DNA of 64,000 nucleotides from Thermoanaerobaculia bacterium (GCA_963664405.1 OY761158.1:4064001-4128000); one strand, 5' to 3'; counted from the first letter of the stretch, positions 48,955 through 58,832 are shown. Notes: generated by a model from the letters alone, not told the origin. Program-made: numbers and translations.

Positions 48955-50184
48955 ATGAGGCAAGCCCCCTCAGGCATATCCTTCAGTGATCTGGTCAAGA
49001 GCGCGGAACGACTGGTCGACACCATACCTCATAGGGATGACCTCTCCCGGCTGGTGTTGGAGCTGAGTGCGGCGATCACCAACGAGCTCGGCGCGCGGCT
49101 GGGGGTCACCGGTGGCCGAGTTTATGAGCGGGTCGAGGGAGGAGGCGCTTACGGGCTGGTTGACTCTTTCGGTCGCGCGAGCTCGCCCGAAGACCCACCC
49201 CTGCTCTTGCGTGACTATCCGCCGGTCGAGACCTGCTGCCTCGAAGGCGTCGTGTACATGGAATCCGACGACCCGAGTCTCGACCGTGAGCTGGAGAATG
49301 CTCTTGGTGTTGGGCGTTTCGCGGCTATCGAGGTCGATGGCGAAGAGTTTCTGCTCGCCTTCGATCTGGACGAAGAGCAGGATCGTGAAGGTTCGCTGCT
49401 CTCTTTGGGCATTCTTCGTTACGCCATCAACCAGAAGATCCGTCGCGAGCGCATGGACGACGTGCTGCGTCAGGCGAGAGATATCCAGTCGTCGATTCTG
49501 CCGCGCCGCGTACCTGCCTACGGGAGCTTCGACGTGGCCGGGCGAAACGACCCGCTCGAAACGGTAGGAGGGGACTTCTACGACTTCATTCCCATCTCCG
49601 ACAAGATTCTGGGTGTGGCGATCGCCGACGTCTGCGGGCATGGACTTCCGGCCGCCTTGCAGGTGCGTGACATCTACGTCGGCATGCGTATGGGTCTGGG
49701 GCGCGACTACAAAATCGTACGCACGGTCGAACGGCTCAACGGGATCATTCACCAGAGCATTCTCACCTCTCGTTTCGTGTCCATGTTCTATGGCGAGCTC
49801 GAGCTGAACGGTAACTTCCTCTATGTCAACGCGGGTCATCCACCGCCCTTTCATCTCAGCGCCGCCGGTGAGGTGAGCTTTCTGGAGTCCGGTGGCGTGG
49901 TGCTTGGCCCGGTCCCCGACGCCACCTATGAACGAGGGTTTGTCGCCCTCTCTCCAGGGGACCTGCTGGTGCTCTACACCGACGGCATCGTCGAGGCCGT
50001 CGGTGCCGCCGAGGAAGAGTACGGTGTCGACAGGATCGTTAGTGTTGCTCGGCGTCATCGACTCGGATCTTCCCAGGAGATCGTCGACAGTGTCTTTAGC
50101 GATGTCGAGAGTTTCAGTACCGACGATCAAGCGTCGGACGATCGCACGGTCGTGGTCGTGCGTTATCCGGAACTGAGCTCGTAA
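48955..50184 (+). CDS. SpoIIE/RsbU-family PP2C phosphatase with GAF-like input domain
   Basis: VGGDFYDF, IADVCGHG, YVNAGHPPP, LYTDGIVEA, DDRTVVV. Confidence 0.92.
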   Translation: MRQAPSGISFSDLVKSAERLVDTIPHRDDLSRLVLELSAAITNELGARLGVTGGRVYERVEGGGAYGLVDSFGRASSPEDPPLLLRDYPPVETCCLEGVVYMESDDPSLDRELENALGVGRFAAIEVDGEEFLLAFDLDEEQDREGSLLSLGILRYAINQKIRRERMDDVLRQARDIQSSILPRRVPAYGSFDVAGRNDPLETVGGDFYDFIPISDKILGVAIADVCGHGLPAALQVRDIYVGMRMGLGRDYKIVRTVERLNGIIHQSILTSRFVSMFYGELELNGNFLYVNAGHPPPFHLSAAGEVSFLESGGVVLGPVPDATYERGFVALSPGDLLVLYTDGIVEAVGAAEEEYGVDRIVSVARRHRLGSSQEIVDSVFSDVESFSTDDQASDDRTVVVVRYPELSS

Positions 50185-50247
50185 GAGGAGAGTCTCCCCG
50201 CGCGAGGGAGCTGTTCCGCCGCGAGAGCTCGCTGCGGTCAACTAGGA

Positions 50248-50415
50248 CTAGTGGACCGTAACACCCAAACGTTTAGCGCCTGAGCGGCCCTCGCGGCCGA
50301 TCTCTGCGTTACGCTTCCTCGACATAGTCCCCGCTATGCCTGCGTCAGCGCGCCTTGATCTCGACCCCGAATGACTCACTCAGCCACTAAACGTTCGAGT
50401 GTTACGGTCCACTAG
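50248..50415. mobile_element. 168-bp MITE/ERIC-like fold-back element (arm type A, copy 2)
   Basis: Same inverted repeats and length as 33433-33600; three substitutions seen between the copies. Confidence 0.92.
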
Positions 50416-50440
50416 GAGTCCGCGCGGCAGGACTCCGGAT

Positions 50441-50505
50441 GCGCCGTCCTCGGCGCCATGAGCAACTAGGCGGAGCAAATGATACTCATCATTTGTAGAG
50501 CCTAG
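50441..50505. repeat. Single short REP-like unit
   Basis: GCGCCGTCCTCGGCGCC..CAACTAGGCGGAGCAAATGATACTCATCATTTGTAGAGCCTAG; ends on the stop of the next gene. Confidence 0.88.
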
Positions 50506-51194
50506 CCCTTGCGAGCGCTGACTACCAGCTCCTGTCGCAGCTTGACGACAGTATCGGCATCGTAGATCCCCGAGCGCAGCTGAACGAGTGGGTAGATATC
50601 CGTTCGGCGCCCGACGATGACGCCGGGATGCAGAACGCAGTTACATCCCGTATTGACTCCGTCGCCGAGGATGGCTCCAAGCTTGCGCCGACCGGTGGCG
50701 AGCGGGCCGCCGGCGGTCTTGATCGTGACCTCGCCACCATCGTGCCGGAAGTTCGAGAGGACGGTGCCGGCACCAAGGTTGACAGAGGCGCCGAGGATGG
50801 AGTCGCCGACGTAATTGAGGTGGGGCGCTTTGGCACCCGGAAGCAGAATCGAGCGCTTGATCTCGGTATTCGCGCCGATCGTGCAGCCGTCGCCGATCCA
50901 CACACCGGCGCGGAGGTAGGCGCCAGTGCGTATGTCGACGTCTTCTCCGATGAACAGAGGCCCCTCGAGCATGGCTCCAGGGGCGACTCGCGTACCTCGT
51001 CCGATCACGATCCGATCACCGACGAGGTGGGCGTCGGGAGTGAGGCCTACTTCGATTCGCTCGGAAGGCAGGTCGGCGAGGAGAGAGTCGAGGGGTGCTT
51101 CGAGGAGCGCCCAGGGCGCCTCGGGGTCCCACGCCGCGGCGAAGGGTGGAGGGAGCTCGTGGAAGAGATCGGGCAGGGCGAGGCCTGGGCTCAA
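50502..51194 (-). CDS. Hexapeptide-repeat (left-handed beta-helix) protein, GlmU C-terminal acetyltransferase-like
   Basis: GAYLRAGVWIG, EIKRS, PHLNYVGDSILG..VNLGAGT..SN, RKLGAILGD. Confidence 0.85.
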   Translation of the reverse strand: MSPGLALPDLFHELPPPFAAAWDPEAPWALLEAPLDSLLADLPSERIEVGLTPDAHLVGDRIVIGRGTRVAPGAMLEGPLFIGEDVDIRTGAYLRAGVWIGDGCTIGANTEIKRSILLPGAKAPHLNYVGDSILGASVNLGAGTVLSNFRHDGGEVTIKTAGGPLATGRRKLGAILGDGVNTGCNCVLHPGVIVGRRTDIYPLVQLRSGIYDADTVVKLRQELVVSARKG

Positions 51195-52321
51195 GAGTTC
51201 CCCTGATCGAGCTCGATATGGCCGTTCAGGAGAAGCTTTCGAAACACCAGCTGAGCCTCGAGCGGCGGTAGCGGGCTGATCTTGAGGATCGACTCGATGT
51301 CATAGCTGCCGTCGATCCGCGACAGAACGAAACCCTCTTCGGGAGACAGTCTGAGATGCTCGACCTCCTCGGGTGTGACTGTAACTTTCGGCACGGCGCG
51401 CAGCAGTAGCCCCTCTTCTTTCATCAGGGCCCGCATCCTCTCTTCGGCTTCTCGGATCGCGGTCTCGGTATCTTCTCCGTTGGGATCCAGGCTACGGGCG
51501 GCTCTGAGGTGCCGGAGAGCGCGTGGAAGGTCGGCGCGCTTGATGCAGGCGTTGGCGATGTCGAGCAGGGTCTCCGCCTCGACCGTCGTCAGAGCCTCAC
51601 TCGACGGTTGGATCTCCTCGATCCTGGGCTGCACGATCTTCACCACGCCCTGTTGGAACTTCTCGAAGATGGTCCGGCAGACGAAGAACTCAGAGGAGTG
51701 GGTCTCGACGCAGATCTCTTCTACGGACCGATCGTCGTTGACCATCTCGAGCACGTGCTGCTCGCCGGTGGTGAGGTTCTCGTCGCTTAGGTCGCCGACA
51801 GAGACGACGACGCACTTGATCGAGGGGATGGTGTTGCGGATGCGCCTCCACTCGTCGAGTCTCTCCATGCCCTGCATCACCACCGCCGGCACTTCCAGTG
51901 TCATCGGCACCATCGCGTCGGAGTTGAACTCCTCGTCGAGGAAGCGAAACTCGCCGAGGCTCCAAGAGAACATGTCGAAGATGCTCTCCTGGGCCTTGCG
52001 CCGCAACAGCTCCTGGAGCTCCTCCTCGGAGATTACCCCCTCTGTAACGAGGATCTTGCCAAGGAACATCCCCGTGTCTTGTTGCTGAGTCATCGCCTCT
52101 GCGAGCTTGCTCTCTGCAAGATAGCCTTGACTTACCAGAAAGTGGCCGAGCTGCTCTGTGGGGTTGTCGGACCCGGTTGCGATAATGCGACCCTTGCGGA
52201 AGTAGATCTGCTTTTGGATGTGATCCTGGCTGATTCTCAACATGCCGGTCTTGCCGGACTGAGAGACCCACTGCAGAAGCTCGGCGAGCTCCATGGTTTG
52301 AAGGTTTCCGGAAATGCTCAT
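51191..52321 (-). CDS. DUF4388 (PatA-N-like) domain protein
   Basis: ISGNLQTMELAELLQW..KTGMLRI..IYFRKGRI, LG.FLV, FSWSLGEFRF, C-terminal LSPEEGFVLSRIDG. Confidence 0.85.
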   Translation of the reverse strand: MSISGNLQTMELAELLQWVSQSGKTGMLRISQDHIQKQIYFRKGRIIATGSDNPTEQLGHFLVSQGYLAESKLAEAMTQQQDTGMFLGKILVTEGVISEEELQELLRRKAQESIFDMFSWSLGEFRFLDEEFNSDAMVPMTLEVPAVVMQGMERLDEWRRIRNTIPSIKCVVVSVGDLSDENLTTGEQHVLEMVNDDRSVEEICVETHSSEFFVCRTIFEKFQQGVVKIVQPRIEEIQPSSEALTTVEAETLLDIANACIKRADLPRALRHLRAARSLDPNGEDTETAIREAEERMRALMKEEGLLLRAVPKVTVTPEEVEHLRLSPEEGFVLSRIDGSYDIESILKISPLPPLEAQLVFRKLLLNGHIELDQGNS

Positions 52322-52379
52322 AAGTGAAGAGAGGGGAGAGAGTCGGCCATTATAGCCGCGACCGGCTCCGGAGTGGCGC

Positions 52380-53354
52380 TCAGAAGAACACCGGAGAGGA
52401 GGTGTCCTCTCGGTGGATGCTATCGACGAAGCGGATGAGCCGTCGTTCCGACGACATCAAGAGAGTGTGGGTGCGGTAGCCCCCTCCGAAGAAGCGAACG
52501 CCCTGCAATAGCTCGCCGGGGGTGACCCCGGTGCAGCTGAACAGTATCTCTTCCCCTGGCGCGAGATCCTCTGTCTCGTAGAGGCGGTCGAGATCGCTGA
52601 TGCCGACCTCCTCGAGGCGCTTGAGATGCTTGTCGGAGAGCGCCACCAGTCGACCTTGTATCTCGCCTCCGAGGCAGCGCATCGCTGCGGCCGTCAGCAC
52701 GCCCTCGGGTGCTCCTCCGGTGCCCATCACTGCATGGACGCCGGTGCCACGCACTGCCGCCGAGATGCCGGCGGATAGGTCGCCGTCAGAGATGAGGCGG
52801 ATGCGTGCGCCCGCCACCCGGATGTCGTGAATGAGTTGGTGGTGTCGTTCTCTTTCCAGAACGACGATGGTGAGATCGGTGACCTCCCGCTCGAAGGCCT
52901 GGGCGATGCTGCGGAGATTCTCGGCAACCGGCGCATCGATATGAACCTTGCCGCGCGCCGTCGGCCCGACGACGATCTTCTGCATGTAGATATCGGGGGC
53001 GTGAAGAAGGCCTCCTCTCTCGGAAGCCGCAAGCACGGCGACCGCGCCGGGAGAACCGGTGGCGCAGAGGTTGGTTCCCTCCAAGGGGTCGACCGCGATA
53101 TCTACCTGAGGAGAGCCGTCCCTTCCCTTACCGAGCTCTTCGCCTACGAAGAGCATCGGGGCCTCGTCCCTTTCGCCTTCTCCGATGACCACTCGGCCGT
53201 CGAAGTCGATTTCGCCGAGACGGATGCGCATGGCTTCGACGGCGACGGCGTCCGCCCGGTGCCGATCGCCGAGACCCATGGTCTGGGCGCAGGCGTGAGC
53301 AGCCTTCTCGGTAACGTCGACGAGGTCTTGCTCGAAGAGTCGCTCCAAGCTCAT
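52380..53354 (-). CDS. glpX: Class II fructose-1,6-bisphosphatase
   Basis: [31 protein letters not shown]; ATG 53354 overlaps the upstream stop. Confidence 0.96.
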   Translation of the reverse strand: MSLERLFEQDLVDVTEKAAHACAQTMGLGDRHRADAVAVEAMRIRLGEIDFDGRVVIGEGERDEAPMLFVGEELGKGRDGSPQVDIAVDPLEGTNLCATGSPGAVAVLAASERGGLLHAPDIYMQKIVVGPTARGKVHIDAPVAENLRSIAQAFEREVTDLTIVVLERERHHQLIHDIRVAGARIRLISDGDLSAGISAAVRGTGVHAVMGTGGAPEGVLTAAAMRCLGGEIQGRLVALSDKHLKRLEEVGISDLDRLYETEDLAPGEEILFSCTGVTPGELLQGVRFFGGGYRTHTLLMSSERRLIRFVDSIHREDTSSPVFF

Positions 53355-54580
53355 CCAGATACTGCCTTGATCGAAGCCTCTCGTGCGGCAGAGCTTGACA
53401 TTGGGGGCTGAAAGGCGGGAATGCCTGTGATCTCCTGACCGATTACGAGTCCGTGGATATCGTGTGTGCCTTCGTAGGTGTAGACTGATTCGATGTTCAA
53501 CATGTGTCGGATCACCGGGTAGTCGTCGACGATACCGTTGGCGCCGAGGATCTCGCGGGCCAATTTGGCCGACTCGCGGGCAACCCATACGTTGTTGCGC
53601 TTGGCGAGGGAAATGTGTGGAGGCGTGATCTTGCCCCGGTCTTTCAATTGAGCCAGTTGGTAGGCGAGTAACTGACCCTTGGTGATCTCGCTGATCATCC
53701 ACGTCAGTTTCTCTTGAACGAGTTGGTGACAGGCGATGGGCTGCCCGCCGAACTGGACGCGTTCTTTGGCGTACTCGAGAGCGGTATGGTAGCTCTCCAT
53801 CGCAGAGCCGATCCCTCCCCAGGCGATCCCGTAACGTGCATGAGAGAGAGTGTCGAGCGCGCTCTTCAGGCCTCTGCCGCCCGGCAGTACGTTTTCGGCT
53901 GGGATGCGACAGTCGAGAAACCCGAGCTCGGAGGTCACCGACGTCCGCAACGAGAATTTCCCGTGCTGGTCCGAAGTGGTGAAGCCAGGCGTTCCCTTTT
54001 CCACCAAGAATGCCTGGATTCCTTCATCGGTGCGCGCCCAGACAATGGCCACGTCAGCCAGAGAACCGTTGGTGATCCACTGTTTTGCGCCATTGAGAAC
54101 CCAGCTGTCCCCGTCTCGTCGCGCCCTGGTTCGCATCGCCGCCGGGTTGGATCCGAAGTCAGGCTCGGTCAGGCCGAAGCAGCCGATCGCTTTGCCCGAG
54201 GCCAGTGCCGGGATCCAGCGATCCTTCTGCTCCTGGGTGCCCAGGGTGTAGATGGGGTACATGACGAGCGAGCTCTGGACCGAAACCATGCTTCGAATGC
54301 CCGAGTCGCCTCGCTCGAGCTCTTGCATGACCAAACCATAAGCCACTCCGCCTAGTCCGGGCAGGTCGTAGTCGTCGATCCAGGCCCCGAAGAGGCCGAG
54401 ATCAGCGATCTCGGGAACGAGCTCGAGCGGAGCCCGTGCGTCGCGGTGACACTCTTCGATGATGGGTTTGACTCGATCTTCGACAAATGCACGAACCGTG
54501 TCGCGGATGAGACGCTCTTCGTCGGTGAGAAGGGCATCGAAGTCCATGAAGTCGACACCTGTAAATCGGGTCACGATCAA
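53351..54580 (-). CDS. gcdH: Acyl-CoA dehydrogenase, glutaryl-CoA dehydrogenase-like
   Basis: [57 protein letters not shown]. Confidence 0.85.
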   Translation of the reverse strand: MIVTRFTGVDFMDFDALLTDEERLIRDTVRAFVEDRVKPIIEECHRDARAPLELVPEIADLGLFGAWIDDYDLPGLGGVAYGLVMQELERGDSGIRSMVSVQSSLVMYPIYTLGTQEQKDRWIPALASGKAIGCFGLTEPDFGSNPAAMRTRARRDGDSWVLNGAKQWITNGSLADVAIVWARTDEGIQAFLVEKGTPGFTTSDQHGKFSLRTSVTSELGFLDCRIPAENVLPGGRGLKSALDTLSHARYGIAWGGIGSAMESYHTALEYAKERVQFGGQPIACHQLVQEKLTWMISEITKGQLLAYQLAQLKDRGKITPPHISLAKRNNVWVARESAKLAREILGANGIVDDYPVIRHMLNIESVYTYEGTHDIHGLVIGQEITGIPAFQPPMSSSAAREASIKAVSG

Positions 54581-54769
54581 CCTCCTGTGCGGGTTGTCCG
54601 ATGTTTAGAACAACGATGAAAAGAGCCGATCTCCGGTCTGGGAGGGGGCTTCGCGTACAATCGCCACACCCTGCGCGGCGGGCGGGATGATAGCACGGGC
54701 CTTCGCGGCATTCGCCCCTTTCCTCGGCCCATCGGAGATGCTGTTGTCTCGAGGAAAGGCTGAGACGGT

Positions 54770-55606
54770 ATGGAGTGGTTGAGGCTCGTAGGTCCGCTGG
54801 CGCTCTCTCTTATCGCCGTCCTTTTCGTCGAGGCGCGGATGGAGAAGCGCGGTCTGGTGCCGCCGCGATTTCGCGGGCGAGCCCAGGGTATTCCCGACAT
54901 CGATTCGATCGCTCGGCGGGGTCTTGCTTCCGTTGGCCTTCTTTTGACTTTCTGGGTGGCGATCTTTGCTTCGCTTTCTACCCTTGGGGCTGGCGTGCCG
55001 GTCGATCTCGACGATCTCGAGATCCCGCAGCTCTTCGCTCTCCACGGCCTGCTTGCGCTGATGCTTGCCGGTTGGTATGGATTGGGGTTTCTGCCCCATC
55101 GTGGCGAGGCTACGACCTGGCAGGCACAGTTCGGCCTGCGCGCCCGCAGTGTTCCCTTCGAGCTGGCGATCGGTGCCGCTGCCGGATTTGGGGTGTGGCT
55201 GGTTGCGATCGCGGTCCTGGTCGTCCTGTCTGCTCTGATAGCAGCCTTTGGCGGGGCGGAGGCCCTACCTGATGAACCTTCGGGGATGGTGCTTTGGATC
55301 GTCGGACTACCGCTGCCGGTCCGCATAATGCTGGCTCTGTCTGCGGGGGTTTTTGAAGAGATCTTTTTTCGAGGCTTTTTGCAACCTCGAGTTGGTGTGG
55401 GGCTCTCGACCGCGCTCTTTGTGCTCGCTCACACGAGTTACGAGCAGCCCTTCATGTTGATTGGCGTCGGCGTGCTGTCCCTTCTCTTCGCGCAGCTCGT
55501 GCGCTTGCGACAGAGCATCTGGGCCGCGATTGCAGCGCATGCGATCTTTGACCTCGTTCAGTTGATCTTCGTCATTCCTCTGGCGCAGAGGATGCTCGAG
55601 TCCTAG
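54770..55606 (+). CDS. CPBP (Abi/CAAX) intramembrane glutamic protease
   Basis: EEIFFRG, FVLAH and AHAIFD motifs in a polytopic protein. Confidence 0.9.
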   Translation: MEWLRLVGPLALSLIAVLFVEARMEKRGLVPPRFRGRAQGIPDIDSIARRGLASVGLLLTFWVAIFASLSTLGAGVPVDLDDLEIPQLFALHGLLALMLAGWYGLGFLPHRGEATTWQAQFGLRARSVPFELAIGAAAGFGVWLVAIAVLVVLSALIAAFGGAEALPDEPSGMVLWIVGLPLPVRIMLALSAGVFEEIFFRGFLQPRVGVGLSTALFVLAHTSYEQPFMLIGVGVLSLLFAQLVRLRQSIWAAIAAHAIFDLVQLIFVIPLAQRMLES

Positions 55607-55680
55607 GAGCGGCTGCGGGTAGGTAGGCTATTTGACGCTCGTTTCTATCTGTTAGACTTCGGTTCCGAGAAAGGCGGGTC

Positions 55681-56142
55681 GTGGCGAGCCCCGATAGCCA
55701 GTTTCATCTAACTCTCGTCAGCAAATTCGAGAACATCGAGCTCGTCCAGGTTGTGGTCGACGAGTCGTTGAGCCGTCTGGCCTGTGATGAGGACACTCGC
55801 TATTGGGTGGGCATTGCGGTTCGCGAGGCGGTTGCGAATGCGATCAAGCACGGCAACCGGCAGGATGAGAGCAAGAAGGTCGATGTCGACCTTCTCGTCG
55901 AGGAGGATGACTTGGTGATTTGTGTGGCTGACGAGGGAGGGGGCTTCGATCCGGATCAGGTAGCTGATCCCCTGGCTGCCGAGAACCTTCTAAAACCCGA
56001 CGGCCGCGGTATCTTCTACATGGGGAAGTTCATGGATGAAATTCGGTACAGTTTCAAGACGGATGGAGGAACCGAGGTAACTCTACGAAAGCGAATTGCT
56101 TTCGAGGGCTCGGAGGAGAGGCACGAGGGACAACAGTCATGA
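55681..56142 (+). CDS. Anti-sigma factor / Ser kinase, RsbW-like
   Basis: REAVANAIKHGN, DEGGGFD, GRGIFYM..FMD. Confidence 0.92.
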   Translation: MASPDSQFHLTLVSKFENIELVQVVVDESLSRLACDEDTRYWVGIAVREAVANAIKHGNRQDESKKVDVDLLVEEDDLVICVADEGGGFDPDQVADPLAAENLLKPDGRGIFYMGKFMDEIRYSFKTDGGTEVTLRKRIAFEGSEERHEGQQS

Positions 56143-56474
56143 AGATCAAAATTCGGCAGAAGCAGGGGATCACAATTCTTCAGCCCAAGGGCAAGATCAC
56201 GATCGGTTCGGGAGACATCGCCCTCCGCGACTCGGTCATCGAGGCGCTGGAGTCTGGGGCACGCGACCTTCTCATCAATCTGACGGACGTTTCCACCATC
56301 GACTCCTCCGGGATCGGTGAGCTGGTCGCCGCCTACACTACTGTGACCAACAGAGGAGGGAAGCTCAAGCTCGTCGGGCTACCTCCGAAGGTGAGCGACA
56401 TTCTCTAGATCACCCAGTTGGTCACGGTGTTCGAGGTCATGGACACCGAAGACGAGGCGCTCGCCACCTTCTGA
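56139..56474 (+). pseudogene. STAS anti-sigma-factor antagonist (RsbV-like) interrupted by an in-frame TAG at 56406-56408
   Basis: TIDSSGIGELV motif; after the TAG the frame continues ITQLVTVFEVMDTEDEALATF* (TGA 56472-56474), the expected family C-terminus. Confidence 0.8.
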
Positions 56475-57580
56475 GCCGACCTCAGCGCGCGATCTTCGTT
56501 CTCGGCTTGGCGCTCCTGGCGAGCGCCGCGGCGCCGCCTCGCCGGGAACAAGATCTGGTGTCTCTGCGCCGAGAGATTTCCGAGCTCGAGACGCGTCTGA
56601 GAGATGCTCGGATGCGGAGCCGTAGCCTGTCGGGTCGTCTTCGCGAGACCGAGCTCGATCTCCAGCTACAAGAGAGCCGCGTGCGAGAAGCGAGTCTGGG
56701 CTTCGAGCTCTCTCTCAGTCGGATCGACGAAAGTGAGAGATCGGTCGAGGATCTCGAATCCCGCCTTCAGGGCTTGCGCGTTTCGCTGCGTAATCATGTC
56801 CTGGTGCTGAGCGGCCTCGGGCGTCAGCGCTACCTTCGCCTGCTTCTCGCCTTGCGTCCCGAAGGCGACGTCGTGGCCGGGGTTCGCCAGCTGCGCTACC
56901 TCGCGCGTCGTGACGCCATGGCGGTCGAGAGGTTCGAGGCCTTGGAGCGCCGAGTCTCCCGCCAACGCGCCGCCCTTGCGGTGGAGCAGGCGAGGCTGAA
57001 GTCCTGGCTCCAGCAGGAAGAGGAGCGTCGTGCGTCTTTGGAGGTGGTGCGAAGCCGGCACCAGAGCCTTGCCCGCGAGGCAAACTCGGTGCGTAGACGA
57101 CTGGAGAGCCGATCGGCCTCGTTGGTCGAGCGGGAGGCGCGTTTGGGGAGAATGATCGAGCTGGTGGCGCAGCAAGACACGGCGACTTTGGACTCGGCTC
57201 CGATACAGGATTTCAAAGGAGTGTTGGATTGGCCGCTCGAAGGCCGGGTGGTCACCGATTTCGGCCCTCGTCTTGACCCGCGGTATCGCACCCAGGTCCC
57301 CCACAACGGGATCGCGATAGCCGCCGCCAAGCAGCTGGTCGTGGTCCCGGTGTACCCGGGCGAAGTTCTCTTTGCCGCTCCCTTTCAGGGCTATGGATTG
57401 ACCGTCGTGATCCAGCACGCCGGGGATGTCCTGACCCTCTATGCGGGCGTCGACAGCTTGGAAGTGGCGAAGGGCGATGTGGTATCTTTGGGTGATGTTC
57501 TGGGAGCCGCAGCCGGAGAAATCTACTTCGAGCTACGCGAGAGGAATCGCGCGGTTGATCCCCTTGACTGGCTCAGATGA
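56471..57580 (+). CDS. envC: EnvC-like murein hydrolase activator (coiled coil + M23 domain)
   Basis: Long coiled coil, LDWPLEG..FG, HNGIAIAA, YGLTVVIQH. Start is either CTG 56471 (gives a full signal peptide) or TTG 56507. Confidence 0.8.
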   Translation: MSRPQRAIFVLGLALLASAAAPPRREQDLVSLRREISELETRLRDARMRSRSLSGRLRETELDLQLQESRVREASLGFELSLSRIDESERSVEDLESRLQGLRVSLRNHVLVLSGLGRQRYLRLLLALRPEGDVVAGVRQLRYLARRDAMAVERFEALERRVSRQRAALAVEQARLKSWLQQEEERRASLEVVRSRHQSLAREANSVRRRLESRSASLVEREARLGRMIELVAQQDTATLDSAPIQDFKGVLDWPLEGRVVTDFGPRLDPRYRTQVPHNGIAIAAAKQLVVVPVYPGEVLFAAPFQGYGLTVVIQHAGDVLTLYAGVDSLEVAKGDVVSLGDVLGAAAGEIYFELRERNRAVDPLDWLR

Positions 57581-57592
57581 CGAGGGTCGAGC

Positions 57593-58765
57593 ATGAGTCA
57601 TAGTCGGCTGGTCTTCGTGGCGGTCTCGGGCGTCTTGGTGCTGTCGATTCTTTCGGGCACCCTCTTTGGTGCGTCGGCGCTCGACGGCGAGGCTGAGGAA
57701 GGATCGATCTACAAGTATCTCTCTGTTTTCACGGAGGTGTTGCGGTTGGTTCGTCAGGCCTATGTCGACGAGACCGATGTGCGCACGCTCATGCACGGAG
57801 CCTTCGAGGGAGCTCCGGACGCGCTCGATCCGTTTTCGATGTACGTCCCCGAGGAAGGAATCGAGTCCTTCGTTGCGGCCCGAGAGGTGGGCTCGCGCCG
57901 GAGCGGTATTCGTATTGTGAAGGAGCGAGGGGTGGCTTATGTCGTTGCGGTCCAGGACGAGGGACCGGCGGCGGAGATCGGTATTCAGCGTGGCGACATC
58001 GTTGCGGAGATGGATGGCCTTTCGACTCGCGGACTCCCGCTGTGGCGGATTGAAGAGCAATTGGCGGCGGAGGTCGGCACCGAGATCGAGCTGGAGATTC
58101 TTCGCGCGGGGGAAACTCGAGACCTGGTCCTCGAGCTCTCCGATTTCAGCCCACCGCTGGCTTCGCTGGAGCAGGTCGAAGGTACGCCGCTGCTGCGCAT
58201 CGCCAGCTTCGCGCCCGAGGCTGTTGCCAAGATACGGGGCCTGCTCGAGGGTGTAGTTGGGTCCAAGATGCTCATCGACGTTCGTGGTGTCGCGTGGGGA
58301 GATACGGAGTCGGCTTACGATGTTGCGAAGCTCTTCGCCTCAGGCGAGCTCGGGTCCCTGGTCAATCGGCACGGTCGCCTTCAGACCTTCAAGGCCGACG
58401 GCGCGGCAACCTGGCTCGGAAGCCTTGTGCTTCTGGTGGATCGTGGTGCTCAGGGCCCGGCCGAAGTTTTCGCTAAAGTGCTCCAGCAGAGCTCCGGTGC
58501 CAAGTTGGTCGGCCAGCCTACTTTCGGTCATGCAGGCCGCTCGCGGGTGGTGGAGCTGAACGCCGGCGGCTCTCTGGTGATCACTGAAGCGTTCTATACC
58601 GGTCCCGATGGAGAGCCGCTCAACGAAGCGGTGGAGCCCGATCTAATGGTCGGAAACCGCTCGCGAAGCTTCAAGGAGCTAGACGAGTCGCTCGAGGACC
58701 TCACCCTCCAGCGCGGTCTCGAGCTGCTCCTCTCCGATCAGTCCGAAGTGAAGAAAGCGGCCTGA
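57593..58765 (+). CDS. S41/CtpA-family PDZ protease homologue, catalytic residues apparently substituted
   Basis: AYVD, LDPFSMY, PDZ (GPAAEIGIQRGD), LVDRGAQGPAEVFA, LVGQPTFGHAG. Confidence 0.85.
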   Translation: MSHSRLVFVAVSGVLVLSILSGTLFGASALDGEAEEGSIYKYLSVFTEVLRLVRQAYVDETDVRTLMHGAFEGAPDALDPFSMYVPEEGIESFVAAREVGSRRSGIRIVKERGVAYVVAVQDEGPAAEIGIQRGDIVAEMDGLSTRGLPLWRIEEQLAAEVGTEIELEILRAGETRDLVLELSDFSPPLASLEQVEGTPLLRIASFAPEAVAKIRGLLEGVVGSKMLIDVRGVAWGDTESAYDVAKLFASGELGSLVNRHGRLQTFKADGAATWLGSLVLLVDRGAQGPAEVFAKVLQQSSGAKLVGQPTFGHAGRSRVVELNAGGSLVITEAFYTGPDGEPLNEAVEPDLMVGNRSRSFKELDESLEDLTLQRGLELLLSDQSEVKKAA

Positions 58766-58832
58766 GCGCCGTCTTCCTTTTCGCGGTGGCCAGTGCGGCC
58801 GGCGGGGGCACTCCGCCCCCCCCCCCCGAGTC

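Noticed and set aside
48970-50241. 423-aa ORF on the minus strand
   Set aside because: Antisense shadow of the SpoIIE phosphatase gene.
56406-56408. Genome-wide TAG reassignment or pyrrolysine
   Set aside because: TAG terminates many full-length genes here (nadK, sat, metF, metH, hflC) and no pyl gene is visible; only one internal TAG was found.
58817-58827. Poly-C tract as a phase-variation site
   Set aside because: It lies between convergent stop codons and pairs with the upstream GGCGGGGG as a hairpin, so no frame or promoter spacing is affected.
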